Shown piece after piece: positions 37,452 through 60,278 of a DNA stretch of 64,000 bases (positions within the stretch are counted from its first letter, which is position 1; each line of letters starts with the position of its first letter). The notes beneath the pieces were generated by a model. That model was not told the DNA's origin. It searched no databases and saw only the letters and a list, made by a program, of their open reading frames with translations. The stretch lies in assembly GCF_009914755.1 (NCBI RefSeq), contig NC_060935.1. The stretch is one strand, 5' to 3'. The DNA comes from the human T2T-CHM13v2.0 reference genome, Homo sapiens. The translations under genes were made by a program, and so were the position numbers.

Positions 37452-39788
37452 CTGCAAAACCAAGAACAGGGCTGTTAGAGGGAGCATGAGATCGTGGAAC
37501 CAGGACAGGGCTCAGTGAGGAAGGTGCAGCTGAGTGGTCCCCAGCTATCAGCTCAGCAGAACATATGTCCTGAGCCCTGCTCTGCCAGGTCCAATGCCAG
37601 TCCAACTTCACAAGCTTGTGACCCAGACCTGCAGGCACCATGGGCCTGCCCTTCTGTCAATACAAATTGCCAAGTGCAAACCTAAAAGGTTTCTTCATGA
37701 GCTGGAGTCTCTGCCTTATTATTTCTAGGAATATTATTTATTGAACTCTTACTCTGAGCCAAGCACTCCACTCTCCATGTTTTACAAGATGGCTCAATAA
37801 ATCCACACAACCATCCAATGATGAACCCCATTTTATGGATGAGGAAATCAAGGCCTAGAAATGTAAAAGAATTTGTGCAAAGACATATAACTCATGAGTG
37901 ACTTGGCCAGGACTGAACGCCCAGTTGGCTGATTCCCAGCCCAGTCTGACCATCAGGAAACACCACCAGTTATGTGACTAGAGCTGCCCACCTGGGGTCC
38001 ATGCCAGAGGCTGCCAGATCTGGAGGGCATTCCACAGACACTCCCCAACACCTGGCCTGGGCCTAATGGAGAACTGGCATCAGTCTCCAGCAGTAATGTC
38101 CCCCGGCTGCTCAGCCTGATGCTAAGGTGTGCATGTTCACATTGAGTGAGTATGTGTGTGAGGGTGGATGCATGAGTGTGAGACTACGTGTGAGAGTGAG
38201 TGTGCGTATGTGAGAAGGGGAAGGTAGGGAGGGTGCAGTAAATGCTCTCACCCTGTTAGGGGAGCATGGGGCAGAGTTTGAGAAAACTTCAGAGAGGTTC
38301 AAGATCCCATCCATTCAACATTATCCACGTCCATTCAGCATTAACCACATCCCAGAATCAGACCCTGCACTGAGTGCTGGGGGAGGGGAAGTTCCGACTC
38401 TCACTAGAATCAGGGGTAAAGAACTTCTCCAGGCCAACCTTTAAACCCCTTTAATGAGCAAAGAAATCAACCTTTCAGAACACCTAGAGACAGAGCCCAT
38501 CAGAGGCTGGTTCTGGCCCCTTCATCCTTTGCTGGAGTCTTCAGCCACAGTCAGGGCTAAACTGCCCTCAGCACAGTGAAGATATGGGGTGAGGACTCCG
38601 GCTTGCTTGCACCTTGAGTCAGATCCATAGGGGTTTTCCCACATCTCGCCAGCAAGCTTGGTGGCCCTACCAGAGACATTCCATCAAGGATGAGGCATGG
38701 GGAGGACTCATCCTCGGCTGACCTCCCCTGGGCGCAAATGATGGGCAGTGGTTAACAGCCAATCACAACTCTACAACGCCTATGAAGGCGGGTCAAAGGC
38801 CAGTTTGCTTATTATTTCACAGAAACATTAAAACTACAAACAGGTAGCATGTGTGGCAGGGAATTTTACAGATAAATCATGTTCTTTTGTTGCAGTAAAT
38901 ATAATTTCTTTTCCAAAATAGAGGGCACTCAGTTCTTACTGAGAACCTATTTCAGAACAATGGACAATGGTCACAATTTATGAATCCCATTGTTTTCCAG
39001 GAAAAAAAAAAGAGTATTAATTGTTTGGTCAGAGTTTGGGGATTCAAGAATCCCCAAAAAGGAATTTAAACAGGGATCTCCTCAAACAGACAAGGACATA
39101 AAGACTGGGTGGGTACCCATCCCTGAGGGAGGCTGCAGGTTGGAAAGAGATGGTGTGGACATCAGTAAGACCATGTTGAGTAATAAGCAGCTGGCAGTGT
39201 GCAGAGCCAAAGAGCTCACCTGCTCCACATAAACACCAATGAGAGGAGCCCTCACATAGAACATGCTGCCTTTATTTTTTCTTTTTAAGACAGGATCTCA
39301 CTCTGTTGCCCAGGCTGGAGTGTAGTGGCATGATCGTGGCTCACTGCAGCCTCAACCTCCCCAGGCTCAGGTCATCTTCCCACCTCAGCCTCCCAAATAG
39401 TTGGGAGCACAGGTGCACACCACCATGCCTGGCTAATTTTTACATATTTTTAGTAAACACAGGGTTTTGCCTTGTTGCCCAGCTGGTGTCAAACTCCTGG
39501 GCTCAAGGGAACCTCCCACTTCGGCCTCCCAAAGTGCTGGGATTACAGGCACGTGCCATCGCGCCCAGCCCCATGCTGCATTTTTTAAAACAGAAGTTAT
39601 TACGATGACAAAAAATAATTTAAAATATTATAATGGTTCAGACAGAAAAAGTATTCCGTTATCTAAAAAGGAAGAGTGAAAAAGTCATACCCAAAAAGCC
39701 ACATACTGTATGATTCCATCTATATGTCATTCCAGAGCAGGCATAACTACAGCACGGAAAAGTGATCTGTGATTGTCACAGGGGTTGA

Positions 39789-40243
<455 letters not shown>

Positions 40244-40319
40244 TAAGACTCACAGAAGTAAACACTGAAAGGGTAAGTTATAACTTAATTTTTTTTAAGA
40301 AACTAAATTTTAAAAATAA

Positions 40320-40547
<228 letters not shown>

Positions 40548-40908
40548 TAGCCATGATGGTCGCGATCTCCTGACCTTGTGATCCGCCAGCCTGGGTGACA
40601 GAGTGAGACTCCATCTCAAAAAATAATAATAATAAATAAATTTTAAATATTTATTTACAGTTTAGAAGGGAAAAAAGCTGTAATTTTTTTTTTTTTTTGA
40701 CATTCAGCCAATCTGCCTATTCTTTGTAAGGGCAAGAGATACATATTCCCAAGCTCAACACATAATTACGCTCAAGCTCAACACATAATCTCACTCAAGA
40801 CAACTTCTTTTTGAAAATGAAGTAAAAGACAGTGGGCTCACCTATGGAGCCCTACACACTAGTTAGGAGCAAGGGTTTGATGGTCACTTGGCAAGTTGGA
40901 TATCTTTA

Positions 40909-41704
<796 letters not shown>

Positions 41705-42789
41705 CTAGAAAAACAAGTACTTATCATTATACACGTCACCCATCTCAGCTGAATCAAAACTAAGAATCCAAAAACTCATGTTCTAAATTTAGAAGTATGA
41801 AAACTGCAGTTCATGGGCCAAATTTGGACCTCTGCCTGCAAGAGGTCTGCCTGCAAGCTAAGAATGGTTTGTACTTTTTTTTTTTTAATGCTTGGGGGAA
41901 AAGTCAAAGGAGGAATAGTATTTTGTGACACATGAAAATTATATGAAATTCAAATTTCAGTGTCCATAATGCTTTAGTGGAACATCGCCAGGCTCATACA
42001 TTTACATTGTGTCTACCCTGGCTCCTCTCTACAACAGCAGGGTTGAATAGTTGTGACAGAGACCATATAGCCTGCAAGATCTAAAATGCTTACTATGATG
42101 GCCAGGCGCAGCGGCTCATGCCTGTAATCCCAGAACTTTGGGAGGCCAAGGCAGGCAGATCACTTGAGGTCAGGAGTTCGAGATCAGCCTGGCCAACTTG
42201 GTGAAACACTGTCTCTACTAAAAATACAAAAATTAGCCACGCGTGTTGGCAGGCTCCCGTAGTCCCAGCTACTCAGGAGGCTGAGGCAGGGAGAATCGCT
42301 TGAACCCAGAGGCGGAGGTTGCAGTGAGCTGAGATCACGCCATTGCACTCCAGCCTGGGCAACAGAGCAAGACTCTATCTCAAAAAATAAATAAAATAAT
42401 AAAATGTTTACTATCTGTCCATTTACAGGAAAAGTTTGCCAACCCCTATTGTAAAAGAACCTACATTGATTCCAGGAATGCTACTGCACTGCCTTGTCAG
42501 GTAGTTCTCTGTTCCAGGATCAAGGTCAGGGCCAGCAGAGTGCCTGAGAAGAGAACTGCCTCCTCCATGGCAAAGTTCAGGAGAACCCCAGCCCACACAG
42601 TGACCAAGGCTCTCCCACACAGCTCACGCAACAACAATGGCAGAGTTGAGACTCTGCACCCACGGGATTTCAGAACAAAAAGCCTTTATCTTTCCACAAA
42701 AGCAGTGTTACCAAGAGCTGCATAGCAACCATTTTCCTTAGCAAGCAAACTGAGGAGCAATTTCTGGTCTCTGAAATTCACATTGAAAA

Positions 42790-42950
42790 AAACAGCTTGG
42801 ATGCCGGGCTTAATACCCAGGTAATGGGGTTGATCTGTGCAGCAAACCACCATGGCACACTTTTACCTTTGTGACAAACCTGCACATCCTGCACATGTAC
42901 CCTGGAACTTAAAATAAAAGTTGAAGGAAAAAAAAGAAAAGAAAAAAAAA
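42790..42950 (+). mobile_element. Short L1PA15/16-like 3' end
   Basis: Reads gcagcaaaccaccatggcacac...acaaacctgcacatcctgcacatgtaccctggaacttaaaataaaag, followed by an A-rich tail. Confidence 0.8.
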
Positions 42951-42990
42951 CCCTAACAACCATCAAAAAGGGCTAGTTAAGTAAATTATC

Positions 42991-43039
<49 letters not shown>

Positions 43040-43110
43040 GAGATATTAGAGAGAGTAAGGTGAATTTACATGAGCAGGCATGGAAATATTAATTGAGAAA
43101 AGCAAGTTGA

Positions 43111-43410
<300 letters not shown>

Positions 43411-43754
43411 TCAATAATATATATACATATAATAGACTTTTTTATACATTTATACAGAAAACGTATTATACACTACATATGAGCTAAGGAAAATAACCAA
43501 GCTGTTATATATTACATACGCAACAGTGCGTGGTTGGGATTCAGAACTTTTATATTTCATGTTATATTATTTTATTGTTTGAATTTTATTAATATGAATT
43601 ACTTTGACAATAAAAATGTTAAAAAGTATTTAAAGGGAAAAAATACTCATGTTGATGGACTTGCAGTTTTTAAGTTGGGAAATGTAGATATTGTCTGTTG
43701 CCAAACCTCATGAAACTGCCTCTCAATTGAAGGTATTAATTTTCTTTTTAATTA

Positions 43755-43934
<180 letters not shown>

Positions 43935-43937
43935 TCA

Positions 43938-44039
<102 letters not shown>

Positions 44040-44377
44040 TCAAAAAAAAAAAAGTATTTTCTAGTTTTCCAAAATGTTTAAATAAGCATGTGTTCATTTT
44101 AGAACCAGAAATTGAGCTAAGACTTGACAGAATCAGTGGTAATCCATACAATCACTATCATGTAAAAATAGCAAAACAGACACAAGCAAAAAGACTAGAA
44201 AGCTCTATAACAATATCCTAATGGACATTCCCTCTGGTTTCTGGGTGCTGGGGCTAAGCGTGGTTTTTGTGATAATTTTTGCTTCCTTCTATTTTTCTAT
44301 ATATTCCAGGTCTTCTGCAATGAGTATCTTTTAAGTTTACAGCATGCTTCTCAACATTTTATCACGAAAAATTTTCA

Positions 44378-44698
<321 letters not shown>

Positions 44699-44719
44699 TT
44701 AAAGGAAGTTTTTTAATGA

Positions 44720-45038
<319 letters not shown>

Positions 45039-45703
45039 TAGCCAGGATGGTCTCGATCTCCTGACCTCGTGATCCACCCGCCTCAGACTCCCAAGGTGCT
45101 AAGATTACAGACATGAGCCACCGCGCCTGGCCCTTTGTTTGTTTGTTTGTTTAATTTAAGAACTAACGCACTGAGGGAGTCCCAAGCGATGTCAGGGCAA
45201 TGACAACACAGCCGACCCGCGCTCTGTGCTCAAGTTCACGGGGTTCCTGACTCCAAGCCTGCAGTCTTGATCCGCAGCTGTGGTTCTCAGACCTGAGCCT
45301 GCACCAATTACAGAAGAGGGGGTTGCTGACATGCAGGATCACTATAGCTTTTTGGCAATTCCCCTCTTCCGCCATCAAGAGCGCGGTGTAAGCGGCCAAC
45401 GACACCCCTGGAGAACCCCTTCACCTTGGGAGGATGCCCACCTCTGCTTTGGAGGGCCTAGAAACCCATACACTGGCTGAGCTGTGCGCCCGGCACCAAT
45501 CTAGGCACCTGGGCTCTGTGATCAGGGCGTGGAGCTTTTTGTTCAGTAACAGGAGACAAAAGGTTTTTAAAAAAATACCTTAGTAGGCCGGCGCGGTGGC
45601 TCACGCCTGTAATCCCAGCACGCTGGGAGGCCGAGGCGGGTGGATCACCTGTCAGGAGTTCAAGACCAGCCTCGCCAACATGGCAAAACCCCGTCTCTAC
45701 TAT

Positions 45704-45748
<45 letters not shown>

Positions 45749-47281
45749 TAGTAAATAAGTAAATAATCTAGAATATGAGAAGAGATCCGAAACCAACAGA
45801 AAGAAACAAAAAGCAGAGCGGAGCAGGGTCGGGAGCTGAGCGCTGGTGGGGTGGGGGCACGGGGTGCAATAGGAATTAGAGAGTCAGGGAGACTCCCAGA
45901 GCAGCGAGCTGGAGGCGGCCTCGCCTGGAGGCCGGAGATGAGCCTTGCAGATGGCTAACACCTCCGGCAGGGGGAGCAGCCGAGCAAAGGCCCCAGCGGG
46001 GCGCGTGTCTGAGCAACAGCAAGGAGGCCAACGAGGCCGGAGTAGGCGTGCGGGGAGGGCAGAGGGTGGGAAGCGGGGGTAGAACGGAGGGTCCAAGAAA
46101 AGCAGCCGGTCCGGAAGGCAACGCAGCACCTGACAGCGCTACACCTTTGCCTCTGTCACTGGCAGGGGCCACTGCCAAGTTTAGAACCCAGGAGACTCAG
46201 GATCCAACTTGGGTTTTAAAAGGGTCCCTCTGGCTGCTCCGTTGAGAAGAGATGAGATGTAGGGTGCAAGGAGGAGGCGGGAGCCTGCTAGGAGGCAACT
46301 GCAGAGAGGGGGGATCTGGGCATGAGTAGTAATGGATGCTGGATCTCCTTTGAAGCTGCAGCCCACCGACTGTGCTGATGGAATGAGGTGGGGTGTGAAG
46401 GAAAGAGGAGTCAGATGACTCCAAGGTGTCTGGACAGAGCAACTGGGAGGCGGGATGGGGCTGTTTAGAGACAGAGTAGGCTGGGGGAGAACCAGGCACT
46501 CACGCTGGGCAGCGGGTATCCCAACGAGAGGCGGGGACACAGCGCACACATCAGTATGGAGCTAGGGGTCATGGTTTAGAATGAGGATCATCCGTGTTCC
46601 TTATGAGATCAGCTCCTCCTGAGAGTTGGAGGCAAAAGCCTGGCTGAAATGTGTTTGAGAGAATGGGGACACAGTGGCATGTGCCTGTAGTCCCAGCTAC
46701 TCAGGAGGCTGAGGCTGGAGGATCACTTGAGCCAAGAGTTCAAGGCCAGCCTGGGAAACATGTGAGACCCCATCTCTAAAATTTAAAAAATAATAATAAT
46801 AATAATAAAGAAAAGAGAGAGAATGGGAGAAGATGAACTGGAGGTGATGTCAAAGAGAGCACCTGAGCACCTGAGATTTTTGTTTCGGTCTTGAAAGATG
46901 AGGGAAACTTGTATGTGGTAGAGACATAATTTAAACCCAGATCTAAGGACATCCAAATCCTACACACCGTGCTGCAATCATAGAAGCTGGTGGGGAGGAA
47001 GTAGCCTTTATGGAGATGTACGGAGAGAGGCAAGCAGGAGATAAGGAGGAGGCGGAAGGAGAGGGCAGGCAGGGCAGGGGCTTCCACTGTGGTGAGTGGG
47101 AATCTCAAGGTGCTTTTGGGGTTTGGTCAGAAGCAGGGTTCTTGGGGTGGAGCCCAAGCCTGGAATTTTTTTTAAAGTTCCCAGGTGGGCCGGGCACAGT
47201 GGCTCACGCCTGTAATCCCAGCACTTTGGGAGGCCGAGGCAGGCAGATCACGAGGTCAGGAGATCGAGACCATCCTGGCTA

Positions 47282-47475
<194 letters not shown>

Positions 47476-50299
47476 TTAATTAAATAAAACAAAGTTCCCA
47501 GGTGATTCTACTGTGTAGCCTGGAGCAAGGCCACAGGAGAAGGGTTGTCTAAAAGGGAGAGGTGGGGAGACTGAAGAGTTGGGTTAAGATGGCAGTCATG
47601 CCTCATTTCACAGGTGGGGAAACTGGAGCTAAGGGAGGTAACATCACCTGCCCAGGGCAGCCTGAAAGTGGCAACCAGCCTCTTCCTCACCCCTGCAAAG
47701 AAAAAGAAGACAGCCCCACCCTACAGCGGACTTTACCTCTCTCCAATCAAGGTCCCTCCAGATGCACCCATGCAACTCTGACTCAGTCCAAGACCCCCGG
47801 CTCTGGCACTGTGCGGGACCAGGGAGGACAGTGAGGATGCTTTCAGAATACTTTTTAACCCAAGGGTTGAAACAAAACAAAAAGAATGTTTTTCTTTCAC
47901 TCAAGGCTATGCAGGAAGCATTCCAATCCACCTACGTGCCATTTGTCTCATCAGAGTTTGAGGGTTTGGGGTTGTTTATGACATATTTCAGGACTACAAA
48001 AAATACAGAAAGTGGGATAAAGAGCATGAGTGCTCTGTTTTTAAATCAAGATGAATTTAATTTTCAGAAACAGCATAGCGATTACACACTTGGGGGCCCT
48101 GTGTTCAAATCTGAGCTCTACTACTTACTAACTATATAGTCTTGGCCAAGTTACCTAATTACTCCTAACCTCAGTTTCCTCAGCTGCAAAATGGGGATAG
48201 GTACAGCACCTGATTTGTGGGATTATCCTGAGGATGAACAGAGTTAATATCTAAAAAACACTCAGTAAATAGGGCTTGATAACGTAGGAGCCATTCACTA
48301 ACTGGCAGCTTTTACTGCCACCGTTCCCCAGGATGTTGTCATTATTTTTGATTTGGAAAGGTCACAGACCGCTCTCGGACCAGGTGGAGACACTGTGGAG
48401 GCTGTGAAACCCAGAATGAAACGAATTCTCCATGTCCCAAAACCACATTCTGTGGTGAGTGTGGAAACCCCTAAACTCACCCCCTTCACTTCTGACGCCC
48501 TGGGGGGAAAGCCTGTGATAAATGGAAAGGCTAAAGTCCAAGGTGGGTACTGAGAAAAGACTTCCCAGTTGGGAGTTTTGGTGCCAAGGTTTTAGGAAAA
48601 GAAAAACCCATAAGAAGCTAGGTCTCTATTTTCTGAGGCTGCATTCCCAGAAACAGGGCCCAGCCCACCTCCGGGGGCCTCAACTGAGCCCCTCTGTACT
48701 CTATTGCTGTGTGATCTCCAAGGATCACTTCACCTCTCTGAACTTCTCTGGTAAACAGGGCTAAGACCCATCTGGCAGGGTTTGTGTAAAGAATCATTGA
48801 AATAATGGAAGTGAAAGCTGTAAAAGCACTTATGCCTACGAGAGGGTTGAGACCCCATGCCGCACGCAGGCTGGGTGAGGACAGGGAGGAGAAGGAGGCC
48901 TGGCTGCCCAGATTCCCAGCCTCGGGCAGAGAGAGAAGGAGGAGGAGGGATGAACAGCAGCTGGCCTGACACATTACACTTTCCCTTATTGCCACCCTGT
49001 GCCCAGGCCTCTTAGCAAGTGGGGGAAAGATACTGGCAGCTCTGGCAGGCACCAGGCCCAGCCTCAGCAGCCCAAAGGTCATAAACATCCTGGAAAAGGA
49101 AGCAAAACTCATCCACCCTCCCAGACTTTGACCACCAGGCCCAGGCCTATTCTCCTACAGGGCAAACCTCACCTTCTGGTGAGTCAGAACTGCCCCTCTA
49201 CTCACCCCCACCACTACCACCAAGCACTACTGGGGGTTTTCACCTGTTACCTGGAATCCTTATAAGAGCCCCATGTTACCAATCGGGAAACTGAGCTCAG
49301 AGATGGGAATTAACTTCCCTAAGGTCTCGGAGCTCCCCGAAAAGTAGCACCAGGATTCCGCAGCAGATCTGCCTGAGCTTAAAGGTGAGGTTCTTCCCAC
49401 CACACCAAGTAATTCACTCCAAGGTACTGACGTTCAACAACTGTGCTCCCATGGCAAAACTGGCCTCTGCCTCACCGCACTCTCGGCCTGAAATGCCCTT
49501 TTGCCGTTCACCTGGAAGATTCCTACTCATCCCTCGAGATGGGCTCAACATGTCCACTCCTCAATGCATCCCCTGATGCCTCAGCAAAGCGAGTTGCTGC
49601 TGCCTCCACAGCCAAGCCATAGCCCTATTATTGGATGATTCATTGTTAAGCCTAGCCTGTGGGAAGAAGCGATCAATTTCCTTGCCCAGCCTGCCAGCAT
49701 TCCAAGGACCAGAATTCCGTCTAATTCACCATTATCCAGCCTGGCACTGACAATGTTCTCAGCAGAGGTGTATGGTGGAGGGATGCACGGCTTCCTCCTC
49801 CAGCCCCTCTCAGCCCGTGGCTGAATAGGGATGAAACCCTGGAAGGCCTGAAGCCCCAACTGCTATTTAAGAAGGGTCCTCTTCTCTTCTTCTCTCCCCT
49901 CCCCTTTGCACCTTAACTAGTTCCACACAGATCCATCAGAAAATCAAGCAAACTCAGATCACAGAGCAGTCAATGACGGAGTCTAGACTCAGAGAACAGG
50001 GAAGGCCTATCAATTTCCTCATATTATGGAGCCTCAGTTTCACTTTGGGGTTTCATTTCCTTGGCAGCAGCTGCTCAACAAGCCACAGATTCAAGGATGG
50101 CGCAGGTGGAGGAGGGAAGGGAAAGGCTCCCCGCCCACTCATTCTAGCAAATTTGGAACACAGAGAGGAGAGAAATAATCACAGCAGGAGGCATCACAGG
50201 CTGAACTAAAGGGCTCAGGAAACTGTGGACACACCCTCTTCGATCCCCCAGGAGGCTCCTGGGGGCGGCTACAACAACTAACATAAAAGCCGCAAAAGC

Positions 50300-52284
<1,985 letters not shown>

Positions 52285-52507
52285 ACACCAGGCAAAACTC
52301 TTTATATGGACTGAGATAATAACAACAGTGAATTATGGTTGAGCACTCAAAATGTGTGCTAGGCATTGTTCTGGGCACTTTCTGAGTATTAAGTGATATA
52401 ATCTTCACTCTGCGGCAGGGCTCGGTGGCTCACGCCTGTAATCCCAGCACTTTTCGAGACCGAGGCGGGCGGAGCACGAGGTCAGGAAGTCGAGACCATC
52501 CTGGCTA

Positions 52508-53900
<1,393 letters not shown>

Positions 53901-54109
53901 CACTCGACCTCTGCACACACATCACACTGCAGGGCCATGATGGGTTTACTTTCGCCTTCACTCAAGAATGGGCTTATAGTTTAAAAACTGAAGGAGTTAA
54001 AAATATACCACCAAGGGCCGGGCGCGGTGGCTCACGCCTGTAATCTCAGCACTTTGGGAGGCCGAGGCGGGCAGATCACGAGGTCAAGAGATCGAGACCA
54101 TGCTGGCTA

Positions 54110-54817
<708 letters not shown>

Positions 54818-56005
54818 TTAAAACTCAGCAGGTGCAAGAAGACCCCTTTTCTGTGTCTTAAAAGCAGATGAAATTTCCATGTTGAAGGACACCTTCCTTA
54901 TACTAGAAGAAAAAGCAACATCCTTATCCTCAAAGAGGAGATGTTGAGACGGAAAGAATTCTGTACAGACCTTGTTGAAATAACTTTTTTCATTTTTTAC
55001 TTTTTGGGGTTTTTTGTTTTTTTTTTTTTGAGACAGTCTCACTCTGTCACCCAGGCTGGAGTGCAGTGGCTCTATCTCAGCTCACTGCAACCTCTGCCTT
55101 CCGGGCAAGCGATTCTCCTGCCTCAGCCTCCGGAGTAGTTGGGATTACAGGCGTGCACCACCGCGCCCAGCTAATTTTTGTATTTTTAGTAGAGACAGGG
55201 TTTCAGCATGTTGACCATGCTGGTCACGAACTCCTGGCCCCAAATGACCCACCTGCCTCAGCCTCCGAAAGGGCTGGGATTACAGGCGTGAGCCACCACT
55301 CGGCCCATTTTTTACTTTTTAATTGACAAAAATTGCCACGTATTTGTCATGTACAACATGTTGTTTTGAAATATGTATACATTGTGGAATAACTAAATCG
55401 AGCTAATTAACATATGCATTACCTCACATACTTCTTTTGTGGTGAGAACACAAAACCTCTCCGTAATTTTCAAGAACATAGTACATTGTTATTTACTATA
55501 ATCACCATGTTGTGCAATAGATCTGGTGAACTTATTCCTCTATTCCTCCTAACAGAAATTTTGTACCCTTTGACCAACATCTCCCCGACACCCCCCTGTT
55601 CCCCCCAACCGCCGTAACTGCCATTCTACTCCCTACTCGTGGGTTCCATTTTTTTAGATTCCATATATAAGTGAGATCACAAAGTATGTGTCTTTCTGTG
55701 CCTGGCTTATTTCACTGAACGTAATGTTCTCCAGGAAAATAACTGTTATCTGGTAAGCCTCCCCACATAATTTAGTTGCATCTTTTTAATTTTTATTTTT
55801 ATTTAAATAGAGACAAGGTCTCAAACTCCTGGACTCAAGTGATCCTCCCTCCTTGGCCTCCCAAAGTGCTGAGATTACAGGCGTGAGCTACCGGGCCCCG
55901 CTCTTAGTTGCTTCATTACAACTTACTATTCTTTGTCCAATTCGGTGTAGAAGTAACTGACACCAACTACTTCTTTGGGTCTTCATTTCCTTATGAGGGC
56001 TCCTG

Positions 56006-56869
56006 TGTTGCAGGACGCAGAGGAGTAGAGAGACCAGTATAGGCCGGGCGCGGTGGCTCACGCCCGTAATCCCAGGACTTTGGGAGGCCGAGGCGGGTGG
56101 ATCACGAGGTCAGGAGATCGAGACCATCCTGGCTAACACAGTGAAACCCCGTCTCTACTAAAAATACAAAAAATTAGCCGGGCGAGGTGGCGGGTGCCTG
56201 TAGTCCCAGCTACTCGGGAGGCTGAGGCAAGAGAATGGCGTGAACCCCGGGGGGCGGAGCCTGCAGTGAGCCGAGATCGCGCCACTGCACTTCAGCCTGG
56301 GCGACAGCGAGACTCTGTCTAAAAAAAAAAAAAAAAGGAGAGACCAGTATAGGTGAATACAGGAGGATATTTATTTTAAGGTGCACACCAGCTCAGTGGG
56401 TTCACATCCAAAAAACTGAGCCTTGAACAAAGACCAAGCAGGATTTTTATAAGCAAATTTACAGAAGCAGCAAAGCAAAGGCAGTTAATCATATAATGAC
56501 AGGTCACATAATCTATAGCATAACTGATGACATGGCATAACTTGTGGCCTTGCATAGCTGGTGGCCTTGTAGCTGCATTGAAAGTAAAAACAAGAACTGG
56601 CTAAATTTCTTTTAGCCAGATATTTTGTCCTTTTTTTTTTTTCTTTCACCTTTACTCCGGAGGTGGGGCATCTGGAGCCTATTCCTTTGGTTTTGACTTC
56701 TCAAACAGCATTATCTTATAACTGTCCTTGAAGTGAGCTTGCTAGGCAGAGGAAAACTTGCTCTTCTTTTCTTTTTAACCATTGCCTTGCCACATTCTGG
56801 GCTTTGGCTTTTACTTTTCTTGGAGTGAATGAATGCAGTACTTATTATTATTTTTAAATTTCTGCCTCA
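56006..56869 (-). mobile_element. Solo ERV1-type LTR in the same orientation as PLAAT3, containing an AluYe-type insertion (56042-56337)
   Basis: Minus strand TGAGGCAGAAATTT...CAACA with a 4-bp TSD cctg/ccta, TATAAAA at ~56451-56445 and AATAAA at ~56375-56370. The Alu carries aaccccggggggcggagcctgcag and TSD gagagaccagtata. Confidence 0.75.
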
Positions 56870-57199
56870 CCTATGCCAGTAAAACTTGTATTAAAGAAAT
56901 GTGTATGCTTTTCTCCTGTTAATCTTTTTTATTTTTTTGAGACAGGGTGATATGGTTTGGATCTGTGTCCCCACCCAAATCTGTTGTCAAATTGTAATCC
57001 CCAATGTTGGAGGTGGGGCCTAGTGGGAGGTGACTGGATCACAGGGGCGAATTTCCCCCTCAGTGCTGCTCTCTGATAGTGAGTTAATGCTTGGGAGATC
57101 TGGTTGTTTAAAAGTGTGTAGCACCTCTCCCCTTTCTCCCTTTCTCTTGCTCTGGCCATGTGAGGTGCTCACTCCCCTTTTTCCTTCTGCCATGACTGA

Positions 57200-57475
<276 letters not shown>

Positions 57476-58268
57476 TGATCTCAAACTCCTGACCTCAGGT
57501 GATCCGCCCACTTCGGCCTCCCAAAGTGCTGGGATTACAGGTGTGAACCACCGCAACCGACTTAACCTCTTTTCATTATAAATTACTGAGTCTCAGGTAT
57601 TTATTTATAGCAGTGCAATAACACAGTGTCTCGCTCTGTCACCCAGGGTGAAGTCAGTGATGAGATCATAGCTCACCACTATGGCCTTGACCTCCTGCAC
57701 TCAAGTGATTCTCCCACCTTAGCCTCCCAAGTAGCTGGGATGACAGGTGCCCACTGCACAACTGGCTAATTTCTTTTTTTATTTAAGCAGCAGTGTTTTA
57801 CTATGTCACCCAGCCTCGTCTGCAACTCTGGGGTCAAGTAATCATCCCGCCTCAGCTTCTCAAAATGCTGGGATTCCAGGTGTGAGCCACCACACCTGGC
57901 CCTGTTGATCTATCTTATGTCAATGTAGTTCTTAGGCCCAGCTGAGACCCTAAGAGGATGGAGGTGGGGCTCACAAAACTGTATTAAATTTAAAGCTATT
58001 CAAAGGCAAGGATCTAGCAGAAAGTGCTTTTAACTATTGGGTCTTAATGTCATCACATATCCCCAAATCCTTGCACAAAACCTAGCACATCGGCTGGGCA
58101 TGGTGGCTCACACCTGGAATCCCAGCACTTTGGGAAGCCGAGGCAGGCAGATCACTTGAGCGCAGGAAATCGAGACTAGCCTGGCCAACACAGTGAAACC
58201 ATATCTCTACTAAAAATATAAAAATTAGCCACTCATGGTGCTGGGCACCTGTAATCCCATCCCCGCTA

Positions 58269-58376
<108 letters not shown>

Positions 58377-58808
58377 TCAAAAAAAAAAACCTAGCACACC
58401 ATAGGCATTCCATGAATGAAAGCATGAATGAAGAATGAATGACCAACACAGGCTCTTTCTCTGCACTGGGATATGACTTCACACGAGTAGAACCAGCTCT
58501 TGTTCATCTCTGTATTCCTACCACTCCAGTGCCAGTACTGAGCCTTGCAGTCAGGATGTCCGGACCAAATCCTGACCCTGCCACTTACTATAATAGTTGT
58601 AGGGCCCAGGCCATGTTTTCTTCTCTGAACTGTTTGTCTGTAAAATAGGGCCTTAGTGATATTGTATAATGTTTAAGAATACATTCCCTGGCAGGGCGCA
58701 GTGGCTCACGCCTGCAATCCCAGCACTTTGGGAGGCTGAGGCGGGAGGATCACGAGGTCAAGAGATCGAGACTATCCTGGCCAACATGGTGAAACTCCAT
58801 CTCTACTA

Positions 58809-59054
<246 letters not shown>

Positions 59055-59088
59055 TCACGAGGTCAGGAGATTGAGACCATCCTGGCTA

Positions 59089-59408
<320 letters not shown>

Positions 59409-59961
59409 TCACCAGCTTTCTGACAAGGAGACTCAGAGGCAATATAAATACCATAGCTTTATGTGCCTTATCACTCATCAAACAAATTACGGAGCACCCT
59501 GAGCCAGGGACTGACTATAAGGTCATCCAAACCCAGGATGGACAGGTTCGGTTTTGAGGCAGCCGGGCTGACTTCTGCCTTTCCTCACCCTCTGCTTCCA
59601 GAAGCACCCAGATGTCACCTCCCTTATCTTTTCCTGTTGCTGTGCCAGAAAAAAAGCAAAACAAAACCAAAAAAAAATCATACTGGGAAGGGGGAACAGT
59701 ACTGAGGGCTATGTATTTTCACTTCTCACACAGTTCTCAAAAGAGGAGCTCTCTAAGAAAGGCCCCGGGACTTACTGAGAAACTGCCCCATGATGCCACA
59801 CCATCACCAACAAGACGGTCCTTACCCCCCGCACAGAGCAGGTGGACAGGTGGACTGTGATGCCAGGATCCAACTAGTGTCCACCTCCAAAGCTTCCAGG
59901 CTTTTCTGCATAGCATGGCTATGAAGCCCCATTCCTCTTGTGATAAGGAGGAAACTATTAA

Positions 59962-60278
<317 letters not shown>

